A DNA stretch of 64,000 nt, taken from assembly GCA_030141605.1 (NCBI GenBank), contig JAQGDQ010000729.1, positions 1 to 64,000 of the forward strand. Reading direction: 5' to 3'. The notes beneath the pieces are model-generated. The model did not search any database and was not told where the DNA came from. It was given only the letters and a program-made list of their open reading frames with translations. Shown here in pieces: positions 62,301-64,000 of the stretch. Source of the stretch: Tubiluchus corallicola (Eukaryota; Animalia; Priapulida). The translations under genes and the position numbers were made by a program. How positions within the stretch are numbered: position 1 is the stretch's first letter; every line of letters begins with the position of its first letter.

Positions 62301-63414
62301 CGAGTTACTCTCCGACATTAATCACGAGCTGACACTCGCTAGACCACTTCTCTATTCACTTCGAGAAGTGCGAGAGTAACTTGCCAAGGTGTTCACACTA
62401 GACTTTTCCCATCATACAATCTCGCCAAGTAACTCGCAAGTGTGTTCTGACTAGAGAACACAACTTGCCATGAGTTACTCTCCGACAGTAATCACGAGCT
62501 GACACTCACTAGACCACTTCCCTATTCACTTCGAGAAGTGTGAGAGTAACTCAATGTGGTGTTCACACTATACAGTAAATCAACTCGCAGCAACTGTCGG
62601 AGAGTTTGTATTACTAAAAATATAATTTTATAACCTCATAACCACTTTTCTGTCTAGAAATTAGTAATGCAATTGTAAAAAAAACTTATTTTTAAACTCC
62701 GATGGTAGCTCATGGAAGAAGTCATTTTCTTTGGTTTTTTCTCTTGAACTTGAAGCCCTGAACTTAATCAGGAAGAGCCATCTACTGGATTTAAACTTCA
62801 ATGTGTTGTTGTAAAGTCCATAGCAACCAACATTTGCGTGGTTGCTAAGTGTTTTTGTAGAAACATGACAAAAAACAATGGCTAACTTTAACAGCGATTT
62901 TCTCAAGATTATGTTTTTCAGTGTGAAGCCTGCACCTCAACTTCAACGTGGATTATCTCAGCTTAGAAATAACATAGAGCAATGAACTTGGTATCAAAAT
63001 GATCCTCACGAAATAGAGATTCAGGATATTTAAATAACTAGAAAAGCTTGATGCCATCTTATGGACGATTTTGCTATGCACGCAATGATGTTGCAATGGT
63101 TGCTGTTACTGCTGTTATTTTTGAACTGGTGAGGCACAAAAGCTGTAAGAGAAGTAGAACCCACAGCAAAAAGAAGCAATTATAAATGGATGCTCCATGA
63201 TTCCTGTATTCAATGCAGATAACAGCATATTGTGCGTAACATAGTGACATATAGTGGAAGAAACAGGAAGTGTTACGTGCTTATGCTCCTTTAATCGTTT
63301 CAATTAATCGACTTCTTGTAATTTTTCTTTGCTTATTTTAGGTGTGAGCTGTTCGACCTAAATTTACAGCTGGCTTTGGAACAAGCAGAAAAAACGGGAA
63401 TAACAAACGTGTAA
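56378..63414 (+). CDS. TRAPPC4: Trafficking protein particle complex subunit 4 (synbindin/Trs23), 5 exons, 217 aa
   Basis: Exons 56378-56552, 58995-59169, 61192-61295, 61551-61677, 63342-63414 (654 nt). Peptides [92 protein letters not shown]. Confidence 0.97.
57453..57735. repeat. 140-bp direct tandem duplication
   Basis: GTCGATATTGATCACAGTG...GGCTAAATTGC occurs at 57453 and 57593, near-identical. Confidence 0.93.
57808..57885 (-). mobile_element. tRNA-derived SINE head remnant
   Basis: Minus strand CCTGGTTTGAGTGGCTAAG (A-box-like) ... GAGTTCGATAC (B-box-like); no complete cloverleaf. Confidence 0.45.
59305..59677. mobile_element. TAGGGGTGAGCATT.. TIR element rich in TTCGAA motifs (inverted copy at about 32232-32643)
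   Basis: TAGGGGTGAGCATT ... AATGCTCACCCT inverted ends; the interior is the reverse complement of 32300-32600. Confidence 0.65.
61892..62570. repeat. About 170-bp tandem repeat, 4 copies, in TRAPPC4 intron 4
   Basis: GACTTTTCTCGTCATACAATCTCGCC.. recurs at about 61892, 62064, 62234, 62401; each unit ends G(C/T)RTTCACACTA. Confidence 0.93.
62620..63083 (-). mobile_element. MITE family A partial copy
   Basis: One TIR plus interior, reverse orientation. Confidence 0.75.
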
Positions 63415-64000
63415 CGCCCGCCATCTTAAAACGAAGTCGTTTGTCGGCCATTTTGACAGCTTGAAATGATAACTGTCGACTGCGATATGGCTATTCTCAC
63501 TGGTGGCGAAAACAGTTCTGTTTCAATGTCAGAAAGTTGTCGCTCTTCGCTTTGAGGTGTTGACTGTTTTATGCACGTGTTTTGAGGAAACATCCCAGCT
63601 ATAGAACCAGTCAAAGTACATATATGCATTTCACTGTGGCATTTCGGAGTCAGTTGGTTGGTCGTGTGTGTATAACCGTGGTAACTAAGAATTGTGGACT
63701 TTTAGTAAATATACTCGAGCTACGATTTTTAGAAAATCGTCAAAAGGTGAAAATTCAAGTGTGATACATCCTGTTTGTTTGCTAGTTATGTGTGTGATGA
63801 CAAGACATCTTTGTACAGCCTCACTTTGATTCGTTTTGGCTTGTCAGAAAGTGGTCGAATTTGAATGAAATCTACCTTTGCTACATAATATTTAGAGATG
63901 TTCTATCATCTGTTTAAACAGTCGCGGCTCGTGCATAGGTACTGTGGAGCTGCAGTATCCCCTATTTTCACTCCATATTATCGATAATATTCAGTATGAT

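Overview
AT-rich, intron-rich animal (probably marine invertebrate) genomic DNA; most short ORFs in the track are spurious. Four host genes can be rebuilt from GT-AG exons with consistent reading frames. (1) A + strand gene entering from the left edge that encodes an ependymin/LolA-like region followed by PAN/Apple-like cysteine modules (77-12786). (2) Mitochondrial alanyl-tRNA synthetase AARS2 on the - strand, with almost the whole CDS in one 2.6-kb exon. (3) COG8 on the - strand, 11 exons, 25063-56099, with a long acidic tail of 17-aa repeats. (4) TRAPPC4 on the + strand, 5 exons, head-to-head with COG8. COG8 intron 3 holds an apparently intact, very young Ty3/Gypsy (Mag-like) LTR retrotransposon nested inside two older TIR elements. 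The remaining introns are packed with MITE families, a deleted Harbinger, two LINE 3' fragments, tRNA-like SINE remnants and many tandem repeats, several visibly built from transposon termini. I found no clear new 'system'. The best leads are the COG8 repeat tail, the intron-poor AARS2 lacking the G3:U70 readout residues, the COG8/TRAPPC4 bidirectional pair, a TE-supplied splice acceptor and the transposon-end-derived satellites. All alignments were done by eye; no database searches were run.
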